DNA of 64,000 nucleotides from Ostrea edulis (GCF_947568905.1 NC_079169.1:37014001-37078000); one strand, 5' to 3'. Shown: positions 1 to 13,385, numbered from the stretch's first letter. Notes: a model not told the origin generated them from the letters alone. Made by a program: numbers and translations.

Positions 1-1680
1 TCGTTCGTGTCGCTAATGATGTTGAAGATCTTTGTGTCATCGGCAAACAGGTATACATCGGAGTCAACCACGTTGGCTAAGTTATTTATGAATATGACGA
101 ACAACAGCAGTCCCAAAACGGATCCTTGTGGAATCCCAGATGTCACGTTTCACCAGGATAAGTACTCATTATTGACAGAAATTTGCTGGACTAATTGGCT
201 CCTCAATGCCATATGCTTTGAGTTTGTTCATTAATCTTTTAAGTGGTACTGTATCAAAAGCTTTCATGTAATCTGTGTATACAACATCTACAGATGTCCC
301 ATTATATCAAGTACGTTTAAAAGTTGGAGTGATTCTCGGTCAGTGAAAACTTTATTTTGCTTCATCTGTTTAATGATGTGTTCTCGTACAAGTATTTCCA
401 TGACTTTGCATACTACCGATGTTAAACTGACGGATCTATAGTTACCAGCTGAATATTTGTTTTCCTTTCTTGAAAATTGCACTGATTTGTGCTTCTTTTC
501 ATCATATTTGGTAAGATCTTTGTTGATAATGATTTTTGGAAAATCAATTGTAGCGACACTGCTATTGTCTCTGCTAGTTCTTTTAGCACTCTCGGGTGTA
601 TCTTGTCCGGTCCAGGTGATTTATCTATTTTTAGTCCTTTCAATATTTTAGTAACACTCTCCACTGTAATTTCTAAACTTCCCATGATCGTTTTAGTGTC
701 GTGCATAGGTAACTACGGTACAGTATCATCAGGTTCTTGTGTAAATACACTATTGAAAACTTTGGCAAGTATTTCAGTCTTTTCTTTGTCGTCTACGTTG
801 GTTTTCGGTGAATTTTCATTATTTTGGTCAGTAAGGAGCTCTCCTATGAATTTCCATATTGCGTTCGGAATTTTCTTGGATTTCTGTGCTAAGTCCTTTT
901 CATGTTGTTTTTTCTCTCTTCAATTTCCTTGTCTATGTTTTAACTTGGCTTATTACTTTGTTATCTTTGGTTGCAATATATTTCCTGCACAATGTATTCT
1001 TTTTCTTAATTTTCTCTAATGTCTTTTTGTCCATCGGAAATTCAATCCTTTTCTTTGTTGATATTCCTGGCTTACACTCGGAATGTACCTTTTCTCCATC
1101 TTATTTAGTTTTTCTAAGAATGTTTTCCAGGTTTCTGCTCATGTCGTCATTTGGATAAAGTACTGTAGTCCAGTCAGTGTTTGCTATCTCCTTGTTGAAA
1201 GTCAGAGTAGTTTCCTTTGCCGTAGCACATTCTTGTCCTATTGTTAATTTTCAGTTTCGTATAGCAGTTGTAACTAACATGTATGACACAATTATCACTC
1301 TTTCCCAATGGGCTCAGGTATTCAAGGTCACTGATCATGTTTCTGCATTAGTTCGTGCGGCGTATCAGATATCGATCCCCTCCATCGTGTGGGTTTTTTA
1401 CGTGTTGATATAAGAAATTGTCTTGAACTCATTGTAGGAATTTGTATTCGTCTGATTCGGTGTTGCCACTCTTTGTATTGCATGCTTTCCAGTCTATAGC
1501 TGGGTAGTTTATATTTCCCATCAGTATTAAAAATGTGTGTGAACTGTTTCTTTGTTTTAGTTTTAGTTTAGTAAATCTGAATTATTGTCTTTATTAGCAG
1601 TTTCTGGTCGTGCTGACGGTGATCTGTATACCAAGCCAACTAGGAGTTTATTTGTGTTGTTCAATTTTATCTTGACAAAT
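1..1680 (-). mobile_element. Decayed CR1/L2-type LINE (APE endonuclease + reverse transcriptase), continues off the left edge
   Basis: Minus-strand translation in several frames gives APE motifs (LLVGLVYRSP ~1620-1660, LILMGNINYPAIDW ~1490-1530, YLSPLGKSD ~1300). It also gives RT motifs (SPGPDKIHPRVLKEL ~610, NYRSVSLTSVVCKVME ~430, VTSGIPQGSVLGLLLFVIFIN...YLFADDTKIF at 20-146). Stops, frameshifts and a small internal deletion are present. Confidence 0.9.
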
Positions 1681-1689
1681 AAATTTTGA

Positions 1690-1775
1690 AATGTTCTCCG
1701 ACACTAAAACATAATCAACTGTGCTACATCCATTTGGTGTAAAACAACTATAATTGCCAAACATGTCCCCAAGAT
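1690..1775 (-). mobile_element. Short fragment of a second LINE endonuclease
   Basis: Minus translation GDMFGNYSCFTPNGCSTVDYVLVSE resembles the C-terminal APE motif (T...NG.S.VDY.L.S). The main LINE already has its own equivalent motif, so this is a different element. Confidence 0.5.
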
Positions 1776-2035
1776 TCAAGCTATCACTGGGACGAATGCT
1801 GTCTGACGTGTTTTATACCATTTTAGGCCGTTCTTTACATACTGATTTTGACTTCGGATTACTCCGTTTACCCGATGATACATGTATATAGGGCTTATGG
1901 CGGATGTGACCGGTCATTAAGGGATGCTTACTCCTCCTACATCTGGTATGTCCAGGGATCCGTGTTTGCACTGTTCTTGATTTTGTATCTTTTACACAAT
2001 TTATGAAATTAATCACTTCGTTATCGTCACTTCTG
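1775..2035 (+). repeat. Copy of a ~250-bp interspersed repeat (3' end of a Penelope-like retroelement)
   Basis: Aligns with copies at ~2655-2835 (+), ~4700-4780 (-), ~15665-15885 (+) and ~28690-28910 (-). Shared core: gggctcacggcgggtgtgaccggtc...gatgcttactcctcc...tccgtgtttgccc. Confidence 0.8.
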
Positions 2036-2370
2036 TCCAGCAGCGTTTCATCTGACTATTACACAACAACAAACAAAACAGCAGTAATTCCGGTCCGATA
2101 TACAATTACATCAAATGGAAAATAATTCATATTCTTTTATTTTAGTTTTTACATTGTTTTATGCAAGTTTGAATTGATAAACACTAAAAAATTAACACGG
2201 ACTTCGAACACATCGATATGTTACGTTACTCGCAGAACTTCTGTAGCTGTCTCACAAAAAAAGCGGATGGCTAGTTAAATATATATAAAGCACCAATGAA
2301 GCCTACGACACAATACAGTTATACTACATTATGTATCTCTGATCTGGGATATTTTCTCCACTCTGTATCC

Positions 2371-3717
2371 TTATAAATGTCCAGCCAGGGGTGTCATAGA
2401 GGATTTGTTTTCCTTCCAGTCCGGGGGCCAGGTAGCCTTGACGCTGGGTCTTGCACAGGCTCTCTCGTAGTAGGCCTTTAAATTTGGAAATTTGTCCAGA
2501 CTGAGACCCAAGCGGACGCCAAAACCAATGAAGGGGAAGAAATAGATGTCTGCCATGGTGAAATTAGAACCAGCTAGAAAAGCCCCCGTCTACAACAAAC
2601 AGCAATTGATAGTTTGATAGTATTTCTCATAACGAGAGTTCTTTTGTTATTTTCTATCGTTTACCTGTTCAAGATATGGGGCTCACAGCGGGTGTGACCA
2701 GTCGGCAGAGGATGCTTACTTCTAACCTCCTAGACACGTGATTCCAACTCTAGTATATTCAGAGATTCTTGTATGCCCAACCCTTTTAAAATTTTGTATT
2801 TCTTATAGGAATTGCGAGATTGTTTGTTAGCTTCATCTTTTCTTTCATGTCATTACACCACAGTATCTCTCTGATGCATTGCATCGTCAACTGTAAATCC
2901 TATCGCAGATATCTTATTCATATCTACTTTATGACTAAACATGAAGGAACTATAAGGATTGAGGCTTCATCGGAATTTCCTCTACACAATTATTAAATCA
3001 AGAGATCACGCTGTGGGTCAGTGGTTAAATCGTTCATCGGGAGGTCGTGGGTTTGAGCCCTGATCATAGCATGACCGCTCAGCATTTAAAAGTGAGAGTC
3101 ACAGGTCTTTTGAATAAGACCCTAAACTGGAGGTCCCGTGTACAAGCGGCAGGCGTTGGCACGTTTAAGAACCCTCTCTGTTACGGAGTGCTAAGCAAAG
3201 GTCTAAATTTGTGACTCTTCGCCTACAGCTGGTGACGGCTCAGTATGAAGGAACGAATAATAAACTAAGAAATAAACAAACAAAAATGTGTAGTGAGTAG
3301 GCAATGTTTACAAACAATTGTCTGCACAGCACGTGGTTTTCAATAAAAAAAATTATTCTACGCTTATATTTGATTTTCTTGTTGTATGTAATTATAGCTG
3401 TTTTTAATTTAAATTTCAAGAATTTTCTGTTCACGTTCCTGTCAACTTAATGGAACAGCCACCGACAATTCAAAGTCCTATGACTGCTTCTGGAATTTAA
3501 AGTTTTACTGTAGAAAATGATGAAATGTAAATACATGGATTGTAGCAACGGTTTTCTCTAATATAACTATTTACAAACCTGTCCCAGGTAGCCATCCCAT
3601 CTGTCCAGCTCCTCTTTCAGGCTCTCCGTCTTTTTGGAGAAGGTTGCCTATTTCTCAACCAAGTATTAAAAACAATATCATTATCTGAAACATTTGATTT
3701 GGCTGATTTTTCATTAA

Positions 3718-3768
<51 letters not shown>

Positions 3769-6700
3769 CTCTCTTTCTGTTCAGATCAACTTTTACGAAG
3801 TTGCATAATTAATACCGATGAAGTCGTCGATTGATTATACCGAAAATGTCATCGACAGATACCCATGGTTGCTGTCGTGTTTCTAATTCAGCACAAAGAA
3901 GAAACCAAAAGTGGGCATATCTATCAATGGAAAAAATCTTACCGGGTCCATAACCAAATTCTCGGTATAAAAATAATAGTACAAAAAATCCAACAACATT
4001 TTCTGCATCAGGTTAGCATCTGCCTGAAAAAACATAACAGATTCTTTATTTTCATTGCAGTTTTTAAAGATTTCTTGGTGATTTATAAGATATATACATT
4101 TCAATTTATAGGTTTTGTTGCAATACCTCATACATTCTCTGAAGAACAAGTGCCCGCTCATTCGGATCAGTTGGTATGAGTTGTGTCCCTTTGTCTTTAA
4201 ATGTACTCTGAAAATGACGCAGTGTTTTTAGAGAGTAGCTAAAGCTGTAAAAATAAGGTTTCAATAAGTTTCTATAATTAGAATTTACCTCAAGATATTC
4301 GCAGATGGCGCTGGACTCGTTCACCACGATTGTACCGTGTGTAAATGCTGGAACCTATCAATTGTAGAAAAATTAACAAAAAATTTAGAAAAATATTTAA
4401 CTTCTCAATTACCGAGACAGGTATCCGGTTATAAACTGTAAAAATTAATACATTATTAAAAGTAAATTGTGGTATTTTACCCTGTAGTTTCCTTGTCGTA
4501 AAAAGTCCTTAACAGAAAAGCTCCAACGTTCTTTTTAAAAATATACATATGTATTCATTTTCCAAATTTCTAACAGCTGTTCTACTATAATGAAACTTTA
4601 AACTCGGCATGCATCAGTCAAACGTTGAGAGAAATACGACTACTAAATGCATTTTAGAATTGACAGAAAGCAATGTTCAAAAACTGTATAATCTGGCAGA
4701 TGAAAGGCGATGATAACGAACAGTGATCAATCTCATAACTCCTACAATCAGCACAAAATAGAGAGTTGGGCAAACACGGATATAAGGAAAGCTGTTTAGT
4801 GATATGTAAATCGCAAAAAGATTGCAATTCTTGGTTGTACGAGCAGGAGTTTTCTAAGGGAAAGCCGTTCTTCTGTTGATTAAGATAGAGATATCTGTTT
4901 AAATGAAAGAGATATCGCTTTAACTGAACAGATATCTCTTTAAAAAGAGGGATGTCTTTTGAGCTGAAAAAGAAATCGAAAAGTTTGCGAGATATCTCTA
5001 TAACATAGAAATATACTTCTTCTTTCTTTTTTTTTCTTTTTTATCGTAGATAGATATTTCTTTATCGGTGTAAGATATATCTCTTAATTTGAAAAGATTT
5101 GTCTTACAGATTTTCAGAAAAAGATATCTCATAAAGTTAAAGCGATATATTTTTCCACTTTACTATTATGATTTCTCTCATGCATGCTCTTCGCTATCTA
5201 TCACGTGATAATCTAATGCATAAAATAGCGTGACAGTTTGAGGAGGTCGTTGGAACTGCATTAACTAGTTGCCACCAAGCTGTATGGAGCGCCAAATTAA
5301 CATAAACTCAAATAGGCCCCTAATTGAAGATATCTTTAATTTTTTGAAAACATCATCAATTCATTTGATGTTTGTAACAAAGATTTCTTCAAATAATTAA
5401 TGATATCCTCATTTCTGAATTATTGCGCGCATTAATTGAATTGTTGATAGCATTGATTGTTCTGCTGGATTGATGCGCGCTAAACTTGAATTGTAACAGT
5501 TGCTCTCTTGAAATGAGTTGATGATATCAATCAATATGCGGATCAATTCAATTCAAGCGTGCATTGAATTAATACTATCTTTATTTCAATTGATGTGCTA
5601 CAGAGAGAAACTGTATAATTAGAGATATCTTCAATTCAACATATCCACAATTGAATTAATGATCTCTTCAATTGAATTGTTGCTCTCTTTAAAAGAATTG
5701 ACGCGCGCATTAATCATTCATACAAAACCTTGGTAAATCTTCAATTGAATTATAGGGATCATCAAATCATTTATCTAATACCCCATTCGTACGACGAAAA
5801 TTTACTGATATATGTAAATTTGCACACGAGTAAAAGTATATTTGCTACGCGTTCAGACGAAGTTTAAATACCGTGAGTAAATCCTGATAAAACTCACTTG
5901 TAAAATAGAGATGGATCGATTCAGACTTGTCCATTTTCATAGAAAACGTACATTTTCATACTATCTAAGCGCAGGATATATAACAAGATGTTTCAGAACA
6001 AGAGATGTTCGTAGGAAAAATAGTTATTCCGAATGGTACGATAGCACCATTCTCACAGTCTTTGATGACAATGAGTAGTACAAGAACTTTCGTATGAGAA
6101 AGGGAACTTTCTTTACAGGGGCGTGGACACGATTTGAGCTGAAATTTTTCAAATTTTATTTTTCCATTTTTATTGTTTACAATGCTTAACTAAAGTATTT
6201 CTAATGGTCAACCAAAATTTGAATTTAAAAGTGAGATACAGCACTAGCAATTCTTTGTTATGTAAACAAGGCTCGTGCCATGTTTTTGTTTACATTAGAC
6301 TATTTGATAGAAAATATCGTGTTTAAAACAAAATGAGATGAGCCAAACACTAGAACTATTTAATTGTGTCAAGAATTCACTTATAAATTGAAAATATCTG
6401 TTTTAAACGAAACTTGCTAGTTTATTTAACCAATGTAAACAAAAACATGGCACGAGTCTTGTTTACATAACAAGGACTTGTGACCTAGCTCTGTATCTCC
6501 CATGAACCTTGACTACTGACAGTCAAATTTTTGTTGATCATTAGTAATACCTTAGTTAAGCATTCTAAACATTTAAAAAAAATAATCAAAAAATAGAATT
6601 TGAAAATGTTCAGCTCAAATCGTGCCCAAGTCCCTTTAAGCTAGAAAGTGCTTTGGTACCTGCCCCGTGGACTGTAGAGATTCCGTTGAATGCAAAGAAA

Positions 6701-7932
6701 AAAGTAGTTATTGCCATTTACTGGTTAGCATCCACTGCTAAATATCGAACAATTGGATATTTATTTGGTGTTGTAAATTTACTGTGCGTTCACACGACAA
6801 AAATACACACAGGACCAGAAAATTGCTACAACATATGAGCAAAAGTTAATTTGCACCTACCCCTGACTAGGTGCAAATTTACTTAGGTATGCAGGATTTG
6901 CATATAAGTAAATCAGTTCATACGACAAGAATTGCTCACCTGTAAATTTACACATATGCAAAAAACACGTATGTATGCAAATCGTGTTGTATGAATGGGG
7001 TATAAAACTCCAAATTAAATTTTGCAAGCAATAATTCCGTCACATAGATACGTGCTTTAATTGAATTGATGAAAGTAATAATTGAATTGATGAAAGTAAT
7101 AATTGAATTGATGAAAGTAATAATTGAATTGATGCGCGCATAAAACCAATTATTTTTCTCATCAGTTGAATTAATGCACACATCAAATCAATTCTTGCTC
7201 TCATCAATTCAGTTAATGCGCACATCAAATCAATTATTGATATCATCAATTCAATATGATGTGCGTGTTAATTCAATTATTGCGCGTAATATATAATTGA
7301 ATTGATGAGAGCAATAACTGACTTGATGCGTGCATCAATTCAATTATTACGTGCAATAATTGAATTGATGTCATGTAATTAAAGATATCTTCAATTATTT
7401 GAGTTTATGTTAATTTGACACTCCACCAGTCTACTTCTTTAAGGAACTGATAGGAAACCAAACTTAGATTTATTCTATTTAAATACTATTATATCAATAT
7501 CCCTTGAAAAATGGAGAATTAAACATACATGTATATATAAAAAATAAATAAATAGATTTTCTAATAAGTGAAAGATATATAGCATTCGAAGTGAAAAAGA
7601 TGTTTCTTATAAAAATTTCTAGTTGATGTATCACTTTTTCAGGAAAGATTTTCCATACGTTTTTAATAGTCGGTTAGAGTGAAACAGGTCAGTCACTGTC
7701 TAGTAACTATGTAACAGTTTAGTGTAAATTGTAGTACTTTTCAATTCAGAGTCTAACTTACCTGTCCTCTGGGATTTAATTTCAGTATTTCTGGACTTTT
7801 CTCCTCTTTTTTTTCAAAAGAGATCATTTTGTTTTTGTATCCACTGAAGCCTTTTTCTTCGAGGGCAAGCATAGCTTTCCAACAAGGGACACTTCCAGAT
7901 CCCCAATATAGAAACATTTCCTCTGCCGCCAT
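2371..7932 (-). CDS. gstr: Glutathione S-transferase, rho class / GST-A-like, copy 1 (228 aa)
   Basis: Exons 7932-7762, 4354-4289, 4207-4127, 4023-3943, 3647-3579, 2589-2371. All introns are GT-AG, phase 0, and the spliced frame is open. MAAEEMFLYWGSGSVPCWKAMLALEEKG...LNPRGQVPAF...VNESSAICEYLE...FLAGSNFTMADIYFFP matches the rho-class N-terminal W-G-S-G-S-x-P-C-W signature, the NPxGxVP loop and the ES motif. Confidence 0.93.
2655..2835 (+). repeat. Partial copy of the Penelope-like 3'-end repeat in GST1 intron 5
   Basis: gggctcacagcgggtgtgaccagtcggcagaggatgcttact matches the repeat core. Confidence 0.75.
3000..3285 (+). mobile_element. tRNA-derived SINE (bivalve Meta/Deu-domain type)
   Basis: Degenerate A/B boxes (gtgggtcagtggtt...gggtttgagccc), a central gctcagcatttaaaagtgagag and ggtcccgtgt...ggcacgtttaagaaccc, and an aaac-rich tail. 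Related copies lie at ~14455-14630, ~17935-18130 and ~28915-29122 (-). Confidence 0.7.
3721..3767. repeat. (TA)n microsatellite
   Basis: Perfect TA run in GST1 intron 4; the paralogous intron has a shorter run at ~18707-18726. Confidence 0.95.
5779..7002 (+). mobile_element. Degenerate PIF/Harbinger DNA transposon with a transposase remnant
   Basis: TIRs taccccattcgtac / gtatgaatggggta are flanked by a TAA duplication (5776-5778, 7003-7005). The remnant FDDNE*YKNFRMRKGTF|FKLESAL...KKKVVIAIYWLASTAKYRTIGYLFGV matches the Harbinger/HARBI1 N-terminal and HTH region. Confidence 0.85.
6117..6635. mobile_element. TTAA-targeting MITE (Kolobok/piggyBac-like) nested in the Harbinger ORF
   Basis: TIR aggggcgtggacacgatttgagctgaa versus ttcagctcaaatcgtgcccaagtccct; flanks TTAC (6113-6116) and TTAA (6636-6639). 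Removing the MITE and one duplication restores the transposase frame. Confidence 0.8.
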
Positions 7933-8872
7933 TGTCGTTTGTGTACAAAATTGTCTAAAAACGATGGCGTGCGTTGTGATAACGATTTCGTCAGATATGG
8001 CGACATGCATATGTCATCTGAATTATTTGGTTTATAAAATGATGAGAGTCTGAAGGGGACACATTCTGACAAGAAATCGAGGTTTCATCGTACGGTTGAT
8101 CGCAGAAAAGATCTAAATAGTATTTTAAGATGTTGAACAACTGGCGAATGAGTATTGCAATTTTTAAACATGATTAGTTATACATGGAAATTTTATAACA
8201 TGTAATTAATTACCATTGATACCATAGATTATCCAATTATAAATTTTTCATTTCATGTATCGACAACCGCGTATATTATTAGCGTACGAGAACACATTAG
8301 GACACAATTGATCTCCATGCAGACAGATCCTGCGATACCCTGGCAAATGAATGGGTATCCTGGAAGATGCACGGTCATCAATATTCAGGTGTCCATTTTA
8401 CAAAAGAACTTACAACTAAGACTCGTGGTTTGGCGGGCTTGTACAGTAATATCACTTTTACTATTTATCTCCATTTTCAAATGTTAGTACCTATAAAATC
8501 CAAAGTAACAAAATATACACATAAAGAAGAAATATGTATTTGTGAAGTTATAAGAAGTATTAAATTTGAATAATTACATTTGCAACGATGAAAACACCGT
8601 TATACGTGTCTATTGTGCAATACATGTGACGTCAGAATGAAAAGACGTGATTCAACGTTTGAAGACCCCTATCAGCCACACATGCACAATGCCAGTTTGT
8701 AAATCCTTTCTAAATCTAACCATTTGCACTTTATATCTAAAGAATTTTAGAAATGATCTTAATTTTTAAAATCAAGATATAATTTTAGATTTCAAAATTT
8801 TATGAAAACTTAATCATATCGACAATTAACTGATTGTTCATGGATAGAAATGTACTTTATGTGTAAATTGGG

Positions 8873-9680
8873 TCCAACATTAATAACTCATTATATTTCC
8901 TCAACATTAATAATTTTGTATATTTCCTGAGCATTAACAATTCAGTATATTCAACTTTGATAATTCAGCATATTCCCTCAACATTGATAATTCTGTATAT
9001 TCAACTTTGATAATTCAGCATATTCCCCCAACATTAATAATTCTATATATTTCCTCAACATTAATAATTCAGTATATTCCCTCAACATTGATAATTCTGT
9101 AAATACCTCAACATTAATAATTCAGTATATACCTCAACATTAATAATTCAGTATATTTCTTAACATTAATAATTCAGTATATTCCTCAACATTAATAATT
9201 CAGTATATTCCTCAACATTAATAATTCAGTATATTCAACATTAATAAATCTGTATATTCCTCAACATTAATAATTCTGTGTATTCCTCAACATTAATAAT
9301 TCAGTATATATCTCAACATTAATAATTCTGTATATTCCTCAACATTAATAATTCTGTAAATACCTCAACATTAATAATTTAGTATATTCAACATTAATAA
9401 TTCTGTATATTCCTCAACATTAATAATTTGATATATTCCTCAACATTAATAATTCTGTGTATTCCTCAACATTAATAATTCAGTATAATCAACATTAATA
9501 ATTCAGTATAATCAACATTAATAATTCAGTATAATCAACATTAATAATTTAGTATATTCAACATTAATAATTCAGTATATTCCTCAACATTAATAATTCG
9601 ATATATTCCTCAACATTAATAATTCGATATATTTCTCAGCATCAATAATTCTGTGTATTTCTCAACATTAATAATTCAGC
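8873..9680. repeat. Minisatellite, 23-26-bp unit (caacattaataattcagtatattcct)
   Basis: About 30 head-to-tail copies with point and length variants. Confidence 0.95.
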
Positions 9681-10258
9681 GCCTTTCACACCGCCTTCGT
9701 GTTTGATAGGTAAAAAAAAAAACAATACCAATTTTCCATAACGGTATTACATTATTATCAACGATATTATATTATTATCTGTAACGGTATTACATTATTA
9801 TCTGTAACGGTATTACATTATTATCTCTAACGATATTATATTATTATCTGTAACGGTGTTACATTATTATCTGTAAAGATATTACATTATTATCTGTAAC
9901 GGTATTACATTATTATCTGTAACGATGTTATATTATTATCTGTAACAGTATTACATTATTATCTGTAACAGTATTACATTATTATCTGTAACGGTGTTAC
10001 ATTATTATCTGTAACGATATTACATTATTATCTGTAACAGTATTACATTATTATCTGTAATGGTATTACATTATTATCTGTAACAGTATTACATTATTAT
10101 CTGTAACGGTATTACATTATTATCTGTAACAGTATTACATTATTATCTGTAACGGTGTTACATTATTATCTGTAACGGTATTATATTATTATCTGTAACG
10201 GTATTGCATTATTATCTGTAACGGTATTACATTATTATCTGTAACGGTGTTACATTAT

Positions 10259-10742
10259 ATAAATATTGCATGTATTTCAGGGTAACATTGAAAATTTTCA
10301 CCCCGAGAAAACCATTGTCAACCGAGGCGTAGCCGAGGTTGACAATGGTTTCTCGAGGGGTGAAAATTTCAATGTTACCCTCAAATACATGCAATATTTG
10401 TTTTATTATACTGAATGTTATGTAAACTGGAAAGCAGAAAAACTTACGTCTGTTGACATTTGATCAATCACTGTCGTGCGATATATCGTATTTCGATGCG
10501 GGTACTCGCGTTTATTACAAACGCTAAACGACGTCGTCTAGCAATCTACGGCGAACCGTACGCGCATAATTTTGACGCATGTGATAATTTTTTATAATAT
10601 CACCCGTTGTCAAGTACTGTTACCCGTTGCTAGATACTATCACCCTGGGTCGCGTGTTTTCTGTTCTCAGAGGGTAACAATATGTTTTTTCAAATGCTTC
10701 TCGACCAATCAGGTTCGAGTATTTTACATGAAAGTATAATAA
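10259..10742. mobile_element. Hairpin-capped non-autonomous DNA element
   Basis: Near-perfect palindrome at 10261-10399 (centre gaggcgtagccgag), followed by a body bounded by ttattatact (10403) / agtataataa (10742). Confidence 0.75.
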
Positions 10743-10971
10743 TATTATATGTAACGGTGTTACATTATTATCTGTAACGGTGTTACATTATTATCTGTAA
10801 CGATATTACATTATTATCTGTAACGGTGTTACATTATTATCTGTAACGGTGTTACATTATTATCTGTAACGGTGTTACATTATTATCTGTAACGGTATTA
10901 CATTATTATCTGTAACGGTATTACATTATTATCTGTAACGGTGTTACATTATTATCTGTAACGGTGTTACA

Positions 10972-11516
10972 TTATTTTCTCACATTATCACCAGTATGAG
11001 ATCGACTTTACCCATGTGAGACAGTCATGTGAGATTTTTCTGTCTCACACTGCTGCGACGTCATTTGATTGTGACGTCATATATTTTCTATGATTTACGT
11101 TACACGGTGAAGATTTACGTTACACGGTGAAGCAAAAATATTTTGCATTGTTATCTTTAAATTTTAATGTATATAGCTTTCTGTTGAACAACCTTCGGTT
11201 TTTTAGTTTACACTTACAGTGTAAACCATTTTCGGATACGCTCTTTCTGCCTATCTAATTAGTTTTTGCATCGAAGTTCAAATGAGGATTTTGATAATTT
11301 AGAATTTTCTCAAAGCTCCTAAATTTATGCACTAAACTGTAGGTAAAATGTGAGAAAAATAATCCTTCATTATAAACTCGTGTGGGGTAGGGAAATTCCA
11401 CCTCTGGAACAAGATTCGCTGTCTAGGACTCGGCAAAGTCTCGTCCTAGACTGCGAATCTTGTCCCCTCGGTGGAATTTCCCTATCCCACACTCGTACTA
11501 ATGAAGGATTCTATTA
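10972..11516. mobile_element. Hairpin-capped non-autonomous DNA element (hairpin at right end)
   Basis: Body bounded by ttattttctcacat (10972) / atgtgagaaaaataa (11348-11362), then an imperfect palindrome at 11361-11510. Confidence 0.75.
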
Positions 11517-12087
11517 ATCTGTAACGGTATTACATTATTATCTGTAACGGTATTACATTATTATCTGTAACGGTATTACATTATCTGTAACGGTATTACA
11601 TTATTATCTGTAACGGTATTACATTATTATCTGTAACGGTGTTACATTATTATCTGTAACAGTATTACATTATTATCTGTAACGGTATTACATTATTATC
11701 TGTAACAGTATTACATTATTATCTGTAACGGTGTTACATTATTATCTGTAACGGTGTTACATTATTATCTGTAACGGTGTTACATTATTATCTGTAACGG
11801 TATTACATTATTATATGTAACGGTATTACATTATTATCTGTAACAGTATTACATTATTATCTGTAACGGTGTTACGTTATTATCTGTAACAGTATTACAT
11901 TATTATCTGTAACGGTATTACATTATTATCTGTAACAGTATTACATTATTATCTGTAACGGTGTTACATTATTATCTGTAACGGTATTACATTATTATCT
12001 GTAACAGTATTACATTATTATCTGTAACGGTGTTATATTATTATCTGTAACGGTGTTACATTATTATCTGTAACGATATTACATTAT

Positions 12088-12838
12088 TTCGATAGAATAA
12101 AGCAACAATGTTTTGGCAGTTTTTGTCATGGCTTTACTTTGAGATAAATTGAGAAATTAATAATTATACAATGCATACAAGTATCAATGACTGTTCAGTG
12201 GTACAATGCAATGAATATATACAATGATCAATGACTGTTCAATGGTTCAATACTGTATAGGAATAAAATTGTCAACATGCAGTTGAGACGCAAATATCAA
12301 TGATCATCAACGAGTTCACACACAATGGTCTACATCGACTTTATCAATAGTATATGATGTAGAATGTTCAATGACAATGAAACAATGACGGAAGCACAAT
12401 TATTGGCCGCAGACCCTGGAAGATAACAGAACCTGCAGCGGCGCTTCAAGCAAAATTCGGCAGACACCGCCAAACAGCACAATGAGTAAAGCCATAACTT
12501 GGAACGTCGATGTCGTTAACATGGTACAGGAGTTAAATATCATCCTAAAAAATATAAAAGGAAACAACAGAAACAAACCAAAAGATAAATACGTGAAAAT
12601 TATTCAAAAACTGCAATTATAGTAAATATTGGGTGGGAGGGAGGGATTGCTTGTTCTACGTTGTTCTAGAATTTTCCAAAAGGAAGGAGGTTTTGCGCAT
12701 GCTTCGTGGCAACCAGGGTTGCGGAAAGTGACGACATTTACCGAAGCGAAACTAATAGGAATGCATACGAGTTATCCTTCTTGGTCTTGCTCAATTCATC
12801 TCAATAACATGACTTAACTCATAAGCGAGTTAAGTCGG
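12088..12838. mobile_element. Unclassified insertion in the 23-bp minisatellite
   Basis: Non-repeat sequence interrupting the array. It has an internal inverted repeat (gtcatggctttact ~12126 / agtaaagccataac ~12485) and a terminal hairpin gacttaactc-ataagc-gagttaagtc (~12811-12836). Probably composite. Confidence 0.55.
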
Positions 12839-13385
12839 ATTATTATCTGTAACGGTGTTACATTATTATCTGTAACGGTATTACATTATTATCTGTAACG
12901 GTATTACATTATTATATGTAACGGTGTTACATTATTATCTGTAACGGTATTACATTATTATCTGTAACGATATTACATTATCTGTAACGGTGTTACATTA
13001 TTATCTGTAACGGTGTTACATTATTATCTGTAACTATATTACATTATTATCTGTAACGGTATTACATTATTATCTGTAACGATATTACATTATTATCTGT
13101 AACGGTGTTACATTATTATCTGTAACGGTGTTACATTATTATCTGTAACGGTGTTACATTATTATCTGTAACGGTGTTACATTATTATCTGTAACGGTAT
13201 TACATTATTATCTGTAACGGTATTACATTATTATCTGTAACGGTGTTACATTATTATCTGTAACGGTATTACATTATTATCTGTAACGGTATTACATTAT
13301 TATCTGTAACGGTATTACATTATTATCTGTAACGGTATTACATTATTATCTGGACAGGTCGATCCACTGATAACAAATTCAAACA

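Larger units (their letters stand above)
5285..7425. mobile_element. Outer MITE with long degenerate inverted arms (host of nested insertions)
   Basis: tggagcgccaaattaacataaactcaaata (5285) is the reverse complement of tatttgagtttatgttaatttgacactcca (ending 7425). Both arms are built from attgaattgatg motifs and include a 3 x 21-bp tandem at ~7055-7135. Confidence 0.75.
9739..13352. repeat. Minisatellite, 23-bp unit (tattatctgtaacggt[a/g]ttacat), in four blocks split by three insertions
   Basis: Blocks at ~9739-10258, 10743-10975, 11517-12087 and 12839-13352. Confidence 0.95.

Noticed and set aside
489-1158. 176-aa and 99-aa plus-strand ORFs
   Set aside because: Antisense shadows of the minus-strand LINE; no recognisable motifs.
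6948-7249. Repetitive ORFs (SIITFIN / SSIQLLL repeats)
   Set aside because: Translation of a 21-bp tandem repeat inside a MITE arm.
8627-8634. Perfect CRE palindrome TGACGTCA about 700 bp upstream of GST1
   Set aside because: A single 8-mer that I could not find in the homologous GST2 upstream region; expected by chance in 64 kb.
8873-13352. CRISPR-like appearance of short repeats interrupted by unique sequence
   Set aside because: Units are head-to-tail without spacers, the interruptions are 480-750-bp transposon-like inserts, there are no cas genes, and the context is eukaryotic.
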